Shown here in pieces: positions 53,255 through 64,000 of a stretch of 64,000 bases of DNA; positions within the stretch are counted from its first letter, which is position 1; each line of letters opens with the position of its first letter. The notes under the pieces were generated by a model. The model searched no databases, was not told the DNA's origin, and saw only the letters and a list, made by a program, of their open reading frames with translations. The DNA is from Phoronis australis (taxonomy: Eukaryota > Animalia > Phoronida), in NCBI GenBank assembly GCA_002633005.1, contig NMRA01000034.1, forward strand, positions 891,766 to 955,765. Direction: 5' to 3'. Both the position numbers and the translations under genes were made by a program.

Positions 53255-53652
53255 TTATTTGGTCACAGGAAGGCGCGGTAACAACACGCCAAAAATATAT
53301 GCTCGTGTTTTAAAGCTATCAATTTGTACCAGGTTAGTGGCCATGTCATTGTTATTTCTCAACTTTCTATCTCGTCTTTCAAGTTGCGCGACAATGTCCG
53401 GTCGTCTGATTTGTCCGAGAGCTTCCTTCAAACTCTGTACGCTTGCTTGCACATGAAGCCTTCTCCACCGAATCAGGCTCTTTCTGGCTCTGTTGACGTC
53501 ACTATCTCGAATATTATCGTTCAAAATCAAACTGATATCGAGATCAAGAGTTTCAACGCCACGTGGCGGGCTGAAAGGTAGACACCTGTAGAGCTGCATC
53601 CATGACTTTTCGATGTTCTTTGCAACAAAAAAGATGGCCCTGTCCAAGTTAT
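53255..53652 (-). CDS. Coiled-coil plus Death-domain protein, last coding exon (Death-fold domain)
   Basis: ttgcag acceptor, phase 1; encodes (D)NLDRAIFFVAKNIEKSWMQLYRCLPF...ARKSLIRWRRLHVQASVQSLKEALGQIRRPDIVAQLE, the Death-domain W..L...L..W....A....L..AL..I.R.DI pattern. Confidence 0.85.
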
Positions 53653-53854
53653 CTGCAATGTTAACATGTTAAACATATTATAGGACCTGTTTCGTATCTA
53701 TGTTAAATGTATAGTAACACAATGAAAAACGGAGGAATAATTTTACACTTTATTTCGAACAAAAATTTCTTACTAATCCAAATCAGTAAGAAGCTCGGTA
53801 AAATCACATAACAAGTCGAGGATTCATTTCAACCATGATTTAGACAGAACCTAA

Positions 53855-53910
53855 ATCTCAGTGAGGTACACGAATCTCAGTAAGGTACATGAATCCCAGT
53901 GAGGTACATT
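53855..53910. repeat. 19-bp minisatellite, 3 copies
   Basis: aatctcagtgaggtacacg / aatctcagtaaggtacatg / aatcccagtgaggtacatt. Confidence 0.75.
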
Positions 53911-55277
53911 GCAGGGATATACCCAGGTTTCAAAACCCTGCTCGCCAGCTGGGCGAGTGAGCCAGAAAATCTACTCGTCCAGCCCGAAATTCAGTCGCAC
54001 GGACGTTTGCGTCTTTCACCACAAACTTACTGCCAGGGTCAATAAAAATCATCGTTTTGTGCGTTGATGGCAACATCTATTAGGGCTACCGTATTCGCCC
54101 AGGGTGCTTAGAAAAATTCATTTCGGAAGGAGGGCGCTTGTTGTAACCTAGTAAGGCGGTTGAAACCCGGTCTCCGACAACGGGTGAAATCAAAATTACG
54201 AGCTGTGACGTATCTGTAACCTATGACAGACTTTCTAAAAAACTGTGGTGCATTGCTATCAAACTTTGTTGTTAAATTACGATCTTTTTGTAAAACATGT
54301 GCTGAAATCCCATGGCGAAAACTTGCCAACTGATGCATCGCTGCCTCGCGATCGTCCATAGGGCAACTTGAATTCTTGAGTAAAAATACAGTTTCGACTC
54401 AACAAATTACCTGAATTCCTCCTTAAAGGAGAATGCCACCCAAAAAACAACATATTTTGTATCAATTTAGATCGAGTAGTTCCACTCGATAACAGAAAGT
54501 ACGGTTCTTTTACCTGACACAAGACGGCAGACGGAGGTGTTGAAATTAACCAATGACGTCAAAGGTCAGCAGTTCACAACACGCTTACTGGTGTCAGCTT
54601 ATCGGTTGAATTCATCGTTTTACACCAATAAATCAACAAAATTCGATGTAAAACCCTTACAAATACATCGAATTATTGAACAAATGTGTTGTTTTATTTC
54701 GCTGTTACGGATTTATAGGTATTGGAACGTACCGTGGCCTACAAAGTTCGGTAGGCCAATTTACCAAGGTCGGTCGCGGGAGTTTTGGGCCCTGTTCGGT
54801 GATAAATTCGAATTATTCGTCCGTGAAATACATACAAGGGAACATAGCTGTGTGTTGTAATTTTAGACTTGCGATTTTTGTCAGTTCTAAACAGTGGCTC
54901 GGAATCCGATCAGGCCCTTCGCGGCCGGCCTGAAGACATCACGAACATAAACCAGCCAAAGTTAGAAACTAAACTTCCAGTCACGAAAAGCCTATACCAG
55001 TGAGCTAAAGAAACAATATGCACGTGATTATTTTGGTGAATTAGACGCAAAACTACAAATCTACGTACTAGCTCGTCGGGGGCCGCGAAGTAGGGTTACC
55101 CTTCCACATCAAAACCGTCAGGGCAAAAGTTGCACAGTAACAGTGATTCGAATAATGTATATGAATATCTAAATAAAGATTCCCCTAACATCTGACCATA
55201 GGATATACAATCGAGATATTGTTTCACAACAGCTTTCTGCCAGCAAACACTGAATTAACATGCGCAAACACGGCCAA

Positions 55278-56470
55278 CATGTGGAGAATTTCTGGCTTAC
55301 ACTGGTGAACGCTCTGATTCCCTAAGCCCCAGACAATTTTTACGATGCCTATTCAGCACGCCCTTTGTATTGATGTAGATCTGAGCTAATGAGGTAGAAA
55401 GGTAATTGCTAGCATTACTGTCTCAACAATGGTTGTTGTTAGTACCCCCAATTTGGTTTTCTCTGACATTTGCAGAGTTATAGCCCGCAACTCTGGAGAG
55501 TTGTTTTAACTTGGTACACTATAAATATTACAAAATGACTAAAAAGGTTAACTTGTGTTTATCTCCACAAAGGGTCACTTCCCAAAGGAACGATAAGTTT
55601 CATATTGGTTTTTTTATTTAATTTTTAATGCTTCTGCCCACTTGTTTTTTTTTCTTACCGGGAACGGGTTGATAACTTTTTATCTAAGTTTTAAACTTGA
55701 AGTACCAAAACAGTGGCAGAATTTGATCGCCAGCTCAACTTAATTAGTTAAGTTCATAGTGAGCCCATCCCTAAACTTTCCTTATTACAGGTACACTAAA
55801 CATTTCACGTGTCATTAAAGTTTAATCTTTATTAGAACTCAAATCATAAAATATATACAAAAGTGAAAATATGGTGATAACCAAACTGAAGATTTGGAAT
55901 CTCTGGACAATTTCGGTGGCACTGACTAAAAACTATTCTAGCTCTTTGTCAGTAATAAAAAATTAAAACTGGACACAACAACTGTTTCCTGGTTTAAAAT
56001 CTAGTTAAACGAGATTGAAAGAATATTAAAAAATGAATCCATGTGATATTGTTAACTCTGATCAGCGTTTGTATATCCATCGAGTATATTCAATATGCGC
56101 GTACCCAATGGTTGTAGCTTTTAGATTATTTGTTCATCGATTTTTAAAAATCGAAAACCGTACTTGGTTGTTTTTTCCACGTGAATAACGTCGTGGTGTT
56201 CGTTTATAACGAAAATTAGTGGTTAATGCATTTTGAAAATTCGCCATTATGTACAGTCAGAGATGTTTAATACAGTTTATGGTCATATAATTACATTTAA
56301 TTGGTCTTGCTCGCATCGGGCAATGCGGTCATCAGAATTGTACCTGATTCCGGCGCCGAGCTCTCTTTGATCCTGGTACAAGCCGCTCAGAAGGACGAGC
56401 GGCGAAAATTCCCGTATGTCTTTAGAAATGCGTGACTTCCCTGTAAGCGTATTATTCACGGTATGAAGGT
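55278..56470. repeat. Dispersed ~1.1-kb repeat, copy 2, inside the Kolobok element
   Basis: Colinear with 10059-11135; carries an extra ~170-bp segment at ~56266-56432. Confidence 0.75.
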
Positions 56471-56577
56471 GCCCGGTCAATTTAGTTTATTGCATCTTTG
56501 TTTCAGTTTTATATAAGCATTGCTTAGGGTGAGAATAATTCATTTTGAAACATAGCGCACAATAGTAAACGTCAACC

Positions 56578-56999
56578 GTGGCAACTCACAATCCCGACTT
56601 AGACGAGTGCTCATCCGACGAAGACTTCACAGGTCGATCGTTAGGTTTCACAAGCTATCAGTTCGAACCGGAATTCACTGATCAAGAAATACAAGAGAGG
56701 CGCCGTGAACGTGCACATACAACGGATCATATAGATAGTTCCGAAAACCGTTTGAATGATTTGTTATGGTGTCAGTGTTCTAACTGCACGATAATGAAAA
56801 CAACTGACGTTTACGTTTGCTGCCACGAAATTCCGCAAGTGAAACGCCTTCCTGGAGAAGCATAGATGTGTCTCACGGACCATCCTGATTTTGCACCGCA
56901 TATAAACAGAAGTCTGCTTACGACGTTTTTGGGACTGGGAAAAAGAACTGGCCGAAAACATCCTACACCCAAAGGTCCAAACAGAAGCCTGAAGAACGA
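56578..56999 (+). pseudogene. KolX-like (P2X7 ballast / nanor-like Cys-rich) gene remnant of the Kolobok element
   Basis: SYQFEP...RLNDLLWCQCSNCTIMKT...CCHEIPQV...*MCLTDHPDF. GTG in place of ATG, one in-frame TAG at 56863-56865, frame stays open to a gtaagt donor at 57000. Confidence 0.8.
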
Positions 57000-57139
57000 G
57001 TAAGTCATCAAACAAAAAAGTTATGTTCTCATGCCTTGAATTAATTGTAATTGTTTATGTTTCCGTGGCCAGCTACAATTCTCCATAATCAAAATCTAAG
57101 CAACAACGGCCGATCCGCGTTGTTTTGTCTCCTGCCTAC

Positions 57140-57447
57140 CGAACCCAAACACACTAGGCACAGCATCTGACTTCATATTCAGTCTCTTTTTCTGCCTTGG
57201 CATAAGCTGTTTGGTAAGCTGGCATTCGATCGTCAGTGAAATCCCTGTAGACGAAATGCCGGCCAAAGACACGGAGAAGTTTCACAGCCTCATACTTAAT
57301 TGGTATTACGGCGTGCTTTTCATTCTTCACTACCGCGAACCACTTCCAAAGCATTGTGTGCTCTCGAGGAAATCAAAAAAACGATATACCTGCTTTCCTC
57401 GTTGCTTCATAGTTCGCACAAGCGGGAACGACTATACATCACTCCAT
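57140..57447 (-). pseudogene. THAP-domain remnant of the Kolobok element, convergent with KolX
   Basis: ME*CIVVPACAN...GISFFDF / LWKWFAVVK...LRVFGRHF..RDF / RLNMKSDAVPSVW across frameshifts, matching the C2CH THAP fold with its AVP box. Confidence 0.72.
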
Positions 57448-59231
57448 AGCGGCACTCGCTCTGCAAAAGAACCACCGACGTCGCTGAGTCGTTTCTCACC
57501 TTCCTCACAGGTTAACGCGACACCTCTCGGCGAGGTGAGATCGATCGTATACGAGGTGATGTGGATATAGACCGATTAAGACGGTAAAAAAGACTAATTA
57601 AATCGGGTGGCATTCTCCTTTAAATTTTCCAAATAGCGTACTTACGATTTTTAAGTTCCTGTGGGGTCGGGATTAATCGCAGTCCAAATCTGGGCTAGAT
57701 CGCACCCCGCAACAAGCAAAAAATCTGGACGCCAACACAAATGTTGTTGTCACGTGACGTTTGTTTTGAAGTTAGTCTGCAGGTGTGCGCCGAGTGAGCG
57801 AGTGCGTGCGTGTCATCAGAGTTCACTTCCCAGTCTGGGTAGCAGGCTCACATACTAACATATATGTGGGCCCTGTCGCGCCACGTGCTCATTAACACTG
57901 GTCAAGTTTCGATTCGCCGTTTTTACGTGTACAAAAGTAATCTACATTCCTGTTGAGGGAGAAGAGCTGTACGGGAAAGATAACAATACAATTCCGTTGA
58001 CAAGTACGCTGCGTCTGTTCTGAAAGACCTGGCCATAGTGAGACACGTTCCTCGCAAGATCAGCAGAACGTTTGCGTTCTTTTTGAAGTGTACAGCCATG
58101 GCCAAATAGCGGCGAGGCTCGTGGTCTAGAAATTCCGCGCACAATGATTTTTCAGGACTGTCGGATATTATTGATAAATTGAAGACATTACTATAGAATT
58201 TAGAACTGGAGGTAAGGCATTTTTCGCATATGTACACGTTCGTGGACTGGACTGTTATTTTAGCGAAGTCTGAAAACGAGTGCGGGGGTCGCTTATAGGG
58301 GCATGGTCGCTTATTAGGACGAATAAAACAATTTTGGAAAAAATGACATTGCATTGTACATTACAATAAGAAATCACTTCCAAGAATATTGGTATTTCAC
58401 TTGCTGCGAGCACTTGGACCGGTCTTCCGCCTTTCCCCCCTTTTCTTCGTTTCAGACAACCCACAAATTCCTTTGTGCACGACCACACACTGTTCTTTTG
58501 TCAAGACGAATCGCGTAACGGGTGACATCTACTGAATCGATAGGATCGCACTGCGCCGATGTTTTTTACTGTCGGAGCATCAACACGCTGACTAAACTGA
58601 ATCTTAAATTCATGATAGAAACAGCGCAAGGAGAGAAAATTTATTCATGTTCATCTGGTAAACGATAGTGTTTTTGCGTTCAGAAAATTCGCTCGCCACC
58701 TTTAAATTGTCTAACTTACAAAAGAATTAAACTTTTGCAATTTTCAGGGCAAAATATAAAAAGAAATCTTGCCACATGTACCAAATTGCCGTTTCGGCCG
58801 CCATTTTGTCGGCCATATTGGTTTTATTTTACGGAAAATTGGCATCTTTTGATTGGTATGCCTGTTATGAAAAGTAAATAATCAATGACAAACTTTATTG
58901 TTTTATTTTTAGCTGTTACATAAGAGTAATATGCCAAAAAACAGTAAACACTGGTTTTGTCGGCCATTTTTTCCGCCATCTTGAAAAACCGACTTCCGCC
59001 ACTCCGATTTCGGTAGATTTTTTTTCTGACACCAAGGGATGTTTGAAGATGCCATTTATGCAAAAAAACCTTCTGTTGCAATTTTTTCTAGGTTGGGCCC
59101 TCTGGAGCCCTAGAATGACTGGACTACTGGGCGACGGGCAAGTCAACGTCTACTCGCCCAGCACCATTTGTACTCGCATTGGCGAATGGGCTAGTGGCTA
59201 AGTATATCCCTGTAATACAATTTTTACTTAC

Positions 59232-60723
59232 CTTTAAGACACGGTACCTTCTGGATTCCAAGAGCTCTTGATTTCATTGGAATGTCTCGGAAAATCTTTC
59301 TGGGCGCATCAGGACTGGTTTTGAACAAATAGGTTTCCTTTAGTTTCTTTAAACCCGCGTCAAGAAAACTCTGTTCATTTTCCAAAATTTTTAGCTCCTG
59401 TACAAACATGTCGTTGTTTTCCTTTGATTCAGATAATTGTTTCAACAGTTCACCAACATGGTTGTGCTTTTTTCGTATGGTGGACAATTTCGAAGAGACG
59501 ATCTCGAACGACAGCTTCAGTGACGGTAACGTCTCTGTCAGTTTCTGCAAGTCCGACGTCAGTCTGTCGTAGAGTTCGCTGAATCGTTCTCTTGACATTT
59601 CATCTACCCTCTTCTTCATAGCGTTTCGTTTACTAATTCGTACTTCTATTTGAAGTTTTGTGTCGTTGAGCTTGTCAAGCTGTCTTTCGTGACTCTTGGA
59701 AAGACGCCTTTCTTTTGGCCGAAGTAGACGAAGATCATTCTCCACTTCCGCAATCTGGCGCTCAATGGTTCTTGTTTTATGTTGCGATTGGGCGAGTTGT
59801 TGTTTTGCGTGCCTAACGAATTTCTGTTGCGCGATCTTTTTTGACTGAAGCTCCACAATGTCATTCTTGATAAACGTTGCATAAGACGCCTCGGCCCCAA
59901 GCCAGGATTTGATTTCTCTGCACGCGCACCGGACGTTGAAGCACACCTGTGGGAACATCAACAAAAATGGCATAGGCAGACATTTCGCCTTTCTGCCAAT
60001 GTCAATGACATCCATGTGAAACATCGAAAGCTTTAAACCCTGGCCTTTTCCGTTAAAGACAGTCGCCAACTTTATCACGCGCTTGATATTATCCTGAATA
60101 GATTTTGAATATTGTCTCGTCTCTTGCTCGTAGTTGTAAATCGTTTCAAGAAATTTCTTGTTTGTGGTTACTGTCGGTGCATAACTAAGAAAATACTTCT
60201 TCATACATTGTTCAATTCTTATTACGTCTTCAACAATTTTTGAAAAGGCTCCTGGAACGTATTCTGTGATACGCGAGATACATTCTCGAAAGAACTCGAT
60301 CTGTTCGCGAGATACATCATGTGAAACCCCTTTCACAGTTTCGGGTCTTTGCGACACCCTTGCACTTTCTTCGTTTTCGCTTTGGTTGTCGCTACCACTT
60401 AACTCTGAAGAACTCTTCAACAAAGAAGGAGGACTAATGAACTTGTCAACCATCTTGTTTATTTGGTGAATGGTGGAAAGCTCATGTACTTCAAATTCTG
60501 TCATTATCGCGTTAATGGTTGGAACATATCGGAATAGTTCCTCTTCCTGCTTGTTGTTTCTAAAGAAGTCGTTTTCCAACTGCATGGTCGCCTGCTCAGT
60601 TTCTCTAACGGCTTGGGAAACAATAAACCTGACCACACCAAGTGATTTCGGTGGCTCTTTGTCTAGATCGTATATCGTTTGACATTTGGTGCGACAACTG
60701 AATCCACTCTCTAGGAGCGCCAT
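59232..60723 (-). CDS. Coiled-coil plus Death-domain protein, first coding exon (helical N-terminus and long coiled coil)
   Basis: 1492-nt open frame from ATG 60723 to gtaagt donor at 59231; heptad-rich K/E/Q/L segment in the C-terminal part. With the 398-nt last exon the CDS is 1890 nt (629 aa). An acceptor (ctttcag) just upstream at 60738 implies a non-coding 5' exon. Confidence 0.88.
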
Positions 60724-61759
60724 TTTTTTCTTAAACTCTGAAAGTAAATCAAATATATAGCCGATAATAACAACTTAAGAAACGGTTTTTCCTCACTTTG
60801 AACAAAAGGCAATGCAAGCAGACAGTAAAAGCAATTATAGCTGCGACAAATTCACTTTCTTAAATTACTGATGTGAGAACTCAGTTTTCAATGGATGGAA
60901 CACAAGATATTAGCAAATCTTATGTGAAGCACTCGAACAAAAGCTTATTCCTGTGATGCAACTTAATTCAGAGTAAAACGTTTTTAGTTTTGAAATTTAA
61001 CAAAATCTTACTTTCTTGTCGTAGTCAAAAGTAGTGTCAATTGTCTTTCTGTATTACTCCACTGAGGAAATTTTGTCAAATGAATGTGCATCACATGATA
61101 TTTACTAACCTATTTTGAAGCATAAAAACACTTCTTTAAGCTAAATTTCAAAATCTTACCTTGCTGTCGTAGTTCAACTCACGCTTGGTGTGAGAGAAAG
61201 CTTGCCAATGTTTGAGCATTTAACGGAATTGCCAGGCAATAATAATTGAAAAGTTGGAGTGTTTGTTTCTATCACTTACGTCAGTTGGGCCCAGGAACAG
61301 GGCATCCATATAAACGGCGTAGTGAACATTGCTAGGGTCGAGTGTCTTCATTTTCAAAATGATGATATGATTTTGAGAACAAAATTTCAAAACTGCATCA
61401 TATTTGATGGCTGACTTTGCGTATTGTAAGTGAAAAAAGCAATGCGTTCAAAAATAAAAGTAAAAATAAAAATAAAACCCCACGAAGACTGCTTCATAAA
61501 TTAGCGTGTTCTTTCAGCGAAATCCGAACGTGATATTGCAACACCATAAGAAGACGTCTCGATTAATTGAACTAGCAAACATTGCAATATTTTTTCAATC
61601 AAAACAGGACATTTACCATCTCCAATTTCTTTAACACCATTGTCTGCGTACGGAGGGTTAAAGATCGAAGATTTGAAGCAGTATACATGTTGGTCTTTCC
61701 ATGAACGACGTATTACACCTACAACAGTTAAACGTTCAAGTATTCATATAATATAAAAT

Positions 61760-63309
61760 AATACAGTGACCAGGCGATAATATAGTAACAATATTGGTGC
61801 TCTTCGGTAGAATCAAATGTTTGTTTTGGAATTGAGATGCATTTCAGCTTGAATTCTTCATTGCACCGGGAAGTGACACCCGGATTATATCCTTTATATG
61901 CGACTGTCGCTTTCGTTCCACTTGTTATGGTTTACGATAGCAAGAGTTATTGCGATCAATTGTGTGGTGTTAAAATATTTATAAGCCAGCACTTTCTGTC
62001 ATGGAGACCACTGCAGTAGAGGTGTAAACCAATGCCAAATGGAGCATTGGTTCCTATTATCCAGGAAACGAAGTCTCAGCTTCACAATTTCTCTGCATGT
62101 GTATTTTTAAAATTCGATTTTGTCATAATTGACCTTTAAAAATACACGGATCCGTTAGATTACGATGGCATATGGAATGCCAGTCATCGTTAGAAGAATG
62201 AAACCAACAAATGGAAACAACAACAACAACAAAAAAAAAAAGAAACGTACACCCACATGTGCATCCAACATGAATGAGAGCAAGTGCTCACCAACCGCTT
62301 GCCTCCGTGCATTCCATCTTGTTTTTCTTGAAGCTAAGACGTATGTCACAAGAAGGGAAAAACATGCATGAATTTACTTGAAGTTGCCTGTCGTAGACAG
62401 GGTCATCGATGATGCTATACATGTATAATATGAAGAGCAATATACGCAAGGTGATGTTGCCTGTGAAGTATTGGTTTTCACCTTTCTGTGGACGCCTTCA
62501 GCAGGGAGAGATCTCAAGGCGTGTCTCCGAATTCGAGTCCCGCCATCATAATCAGACAATTTTCTGACAATATTTCTGCAGAGGAATGTTTCGTTAAAGT
62601 GTACGCAACATGACTCTAGTACCTCAAAATAAATTTTATTATTATATCTTACTTGATTTCAGTGCCTTTAGTGCACAGTTCATGAAGAAACACGTAAAAA
62701 TTGAAAAAAATAATAATTATGTACAACGTCATGGGTTGAACCCAAGTCGTTCGGCACACTGTTCGGATCAGCAACTAAGTGTATAGAGTGAAGTGAAAGT
62801 AAAGTATATTTAGCGTCGAGAAGGTTCGTAGAGGGATGAAAAGATGTGTTTGCGGAGGCTGCAGCAACAGCAGTCAGACGGAGAACGTCTCGGTGTTCCG
62901 AAGGACGCCAAAGTTGCGCAGTAGTGGCATCGATTCGTGCGCCGAACGAGAATGTGGGACCTCAGCGTGGACCAAGCGATTCTGTCCGGAGCCACTCTGA
63001 GTTCTGCCCACTTTGAGGAGTCGTGTTTCGACTCCAATCAGAGGAGATGTTACGATGAAGGCCTCGTTCAATAAAGGACAATATTTACTATTCAGAAACA
63101 TCGGCTCTTTATTCAGAATCGTCTGTTGGATGACTGGGTTGACTGGCCGAGCTCGAGGCCGCTTCTCTCGCGAGAGGATCCAGTTCGTAAGGCCTCAAAG
63201 TAGAAAAGTACGCAGCTGAAAACGTATCAAACTCGTTCTCGCTTTCGTGCAACCCCATTTCGTCATCCTGGCCACCATTCTCGTACGTTTCTTCATAGTA
63301 TTTGTTCAT
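61760..63309 (-). mobile_element. Second, older Kolobok-like remnant (KolX-like N-terminus followed by transposase-like fragments)
   Basis: Acidic N-terminus with RPYELDP (63109-63309), then RCHYC...DCCCC (~62860-62935), then GCTCG, MTGIPY and ITLAIVNHN fragments; ttaa-aggacacc end-like motif at 63589. Confidence 0.35.
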
Positions 63310-64000
63310 TTCTTGCTCATAATCGTTGTCTCTTTCAAATTCCCTACTCTCCTCCGTTGTTCAGTGCTAGTCGCTGATCTCTTGTGTTCAACCCATGATG
63401 TCGCATGGCGGGAAATGTGAAAATTGGTAAAATTGAAAGAGAAATCAAAATTTCGAGCTAAGGACACAAAATAATCATGGATTTGGCTAAATTTTACGTC
63501 ATACATTTAGTCTGTTACCACCGGTAATTCAAAATGTGCAAAAATCCATGGTGTGTACTGTTTAAAAGTTTGGTGTCAGAGATATGACTTAAAGGACACC
63601 TGTCAGTCGAGAAGCTAGTAAGGTAGACTGCTTTTTCGTTCACTAGGACTTCAATATCCAGACACAAGACGCATCAAAAACAGCCTACTTACAGCTCAGC
63701 AACAATTTCAACTGCATAGAGTGCAGCCGGTGGTAGCAGTTTTGGAAAGACTTACAGACACAAGGTAAGGGGGGATTTTCAAACACATTTTGCATAGTAT
63801 TTTTGAAGCTACGGGCTCTTCCAATTACGCACTCGAGTTTGAAAATTACTTACCTCGCTACCTTCTAATATTGCCGATAGATGGAGATGCATCCCGACAG
63901 TCGTTGATAGGGTTCTTGTTACTGTTTCTCAAGATTTTCATTGAAGGCGAGAGTAAGTCTAAGAAAAGCGTTTGGATACCGACACGGTCTAGATATTCTC

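Larger units (their letters stand above)
54427..57619. mobile_element. Kolobok-superfamily DNA transposon derivative
   Basis: Perfect 15-bp TIR aggagaatgccaccc / gggtggcattctcct with TTAA on both sides (54423-54426, 57620-57623); contains KolX-like and THAP remnants. Confidence 0.88.
53912..59212. mobile_element. hAT-like non-autonomous element filling most of the Death-domain gene intron, with nested insertions
   Basis: 11-bp TIR cagggatatac (53912-53922) / gtatatccctg (59202-59212) and subterminal tactcgc/ggcga repeats at both ends; no clean 8-bp TSD. Confidence 0.6.

Noticed and set aside
62715-62790. tRNA- or SINE-like B-box (GGTTCAACCC on minus)
   Set aside because: No A-box at a proper distance and no cloverleaf.

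Overview
Repeat-rich eukaryotic genomic DNA from an animal; the gene and transposon repertoire suggests a marine invertebrate, but that is inference. There are two long N gaps (13803-14063, 38439-39041). Four host genes were reconstructed by hand from splice sites and reading frame: (1) the first three coding exons of an OSR1/SPAK-family Ste20 kinase (minus, 228-9820); (2) the 2-kb main exon of a Methuselah-like/family-B 7TM receptor with a somatomedin-B-like N-terminus (plus, 17560-19603); (3) a complete 10-exon, 418-aa protein with signal peptide, three divergent Ig domains and a GPI-type tail (minus, 24134-48155); (4) a two-exon, 629-aa coiled-coil plus Death-domain protein (minus, 53255-60723). 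Introns and intergenic DNA are full of mobile elements: a decayed LINE; a long-TIR element with a 9-bp TSD; self-nested Helentron-type (HINE) elements carrying a regularly spaced array of CTCF-like motifs; a Kolobok element with KolX (P2X7-ballast-like) and THAP remnants nested inside a hAT-like element; a Penelope-type inverted repeat with hammerhead ribozyme cores; several MITE families; and a possible decayed LRR-Roc-COR gene.
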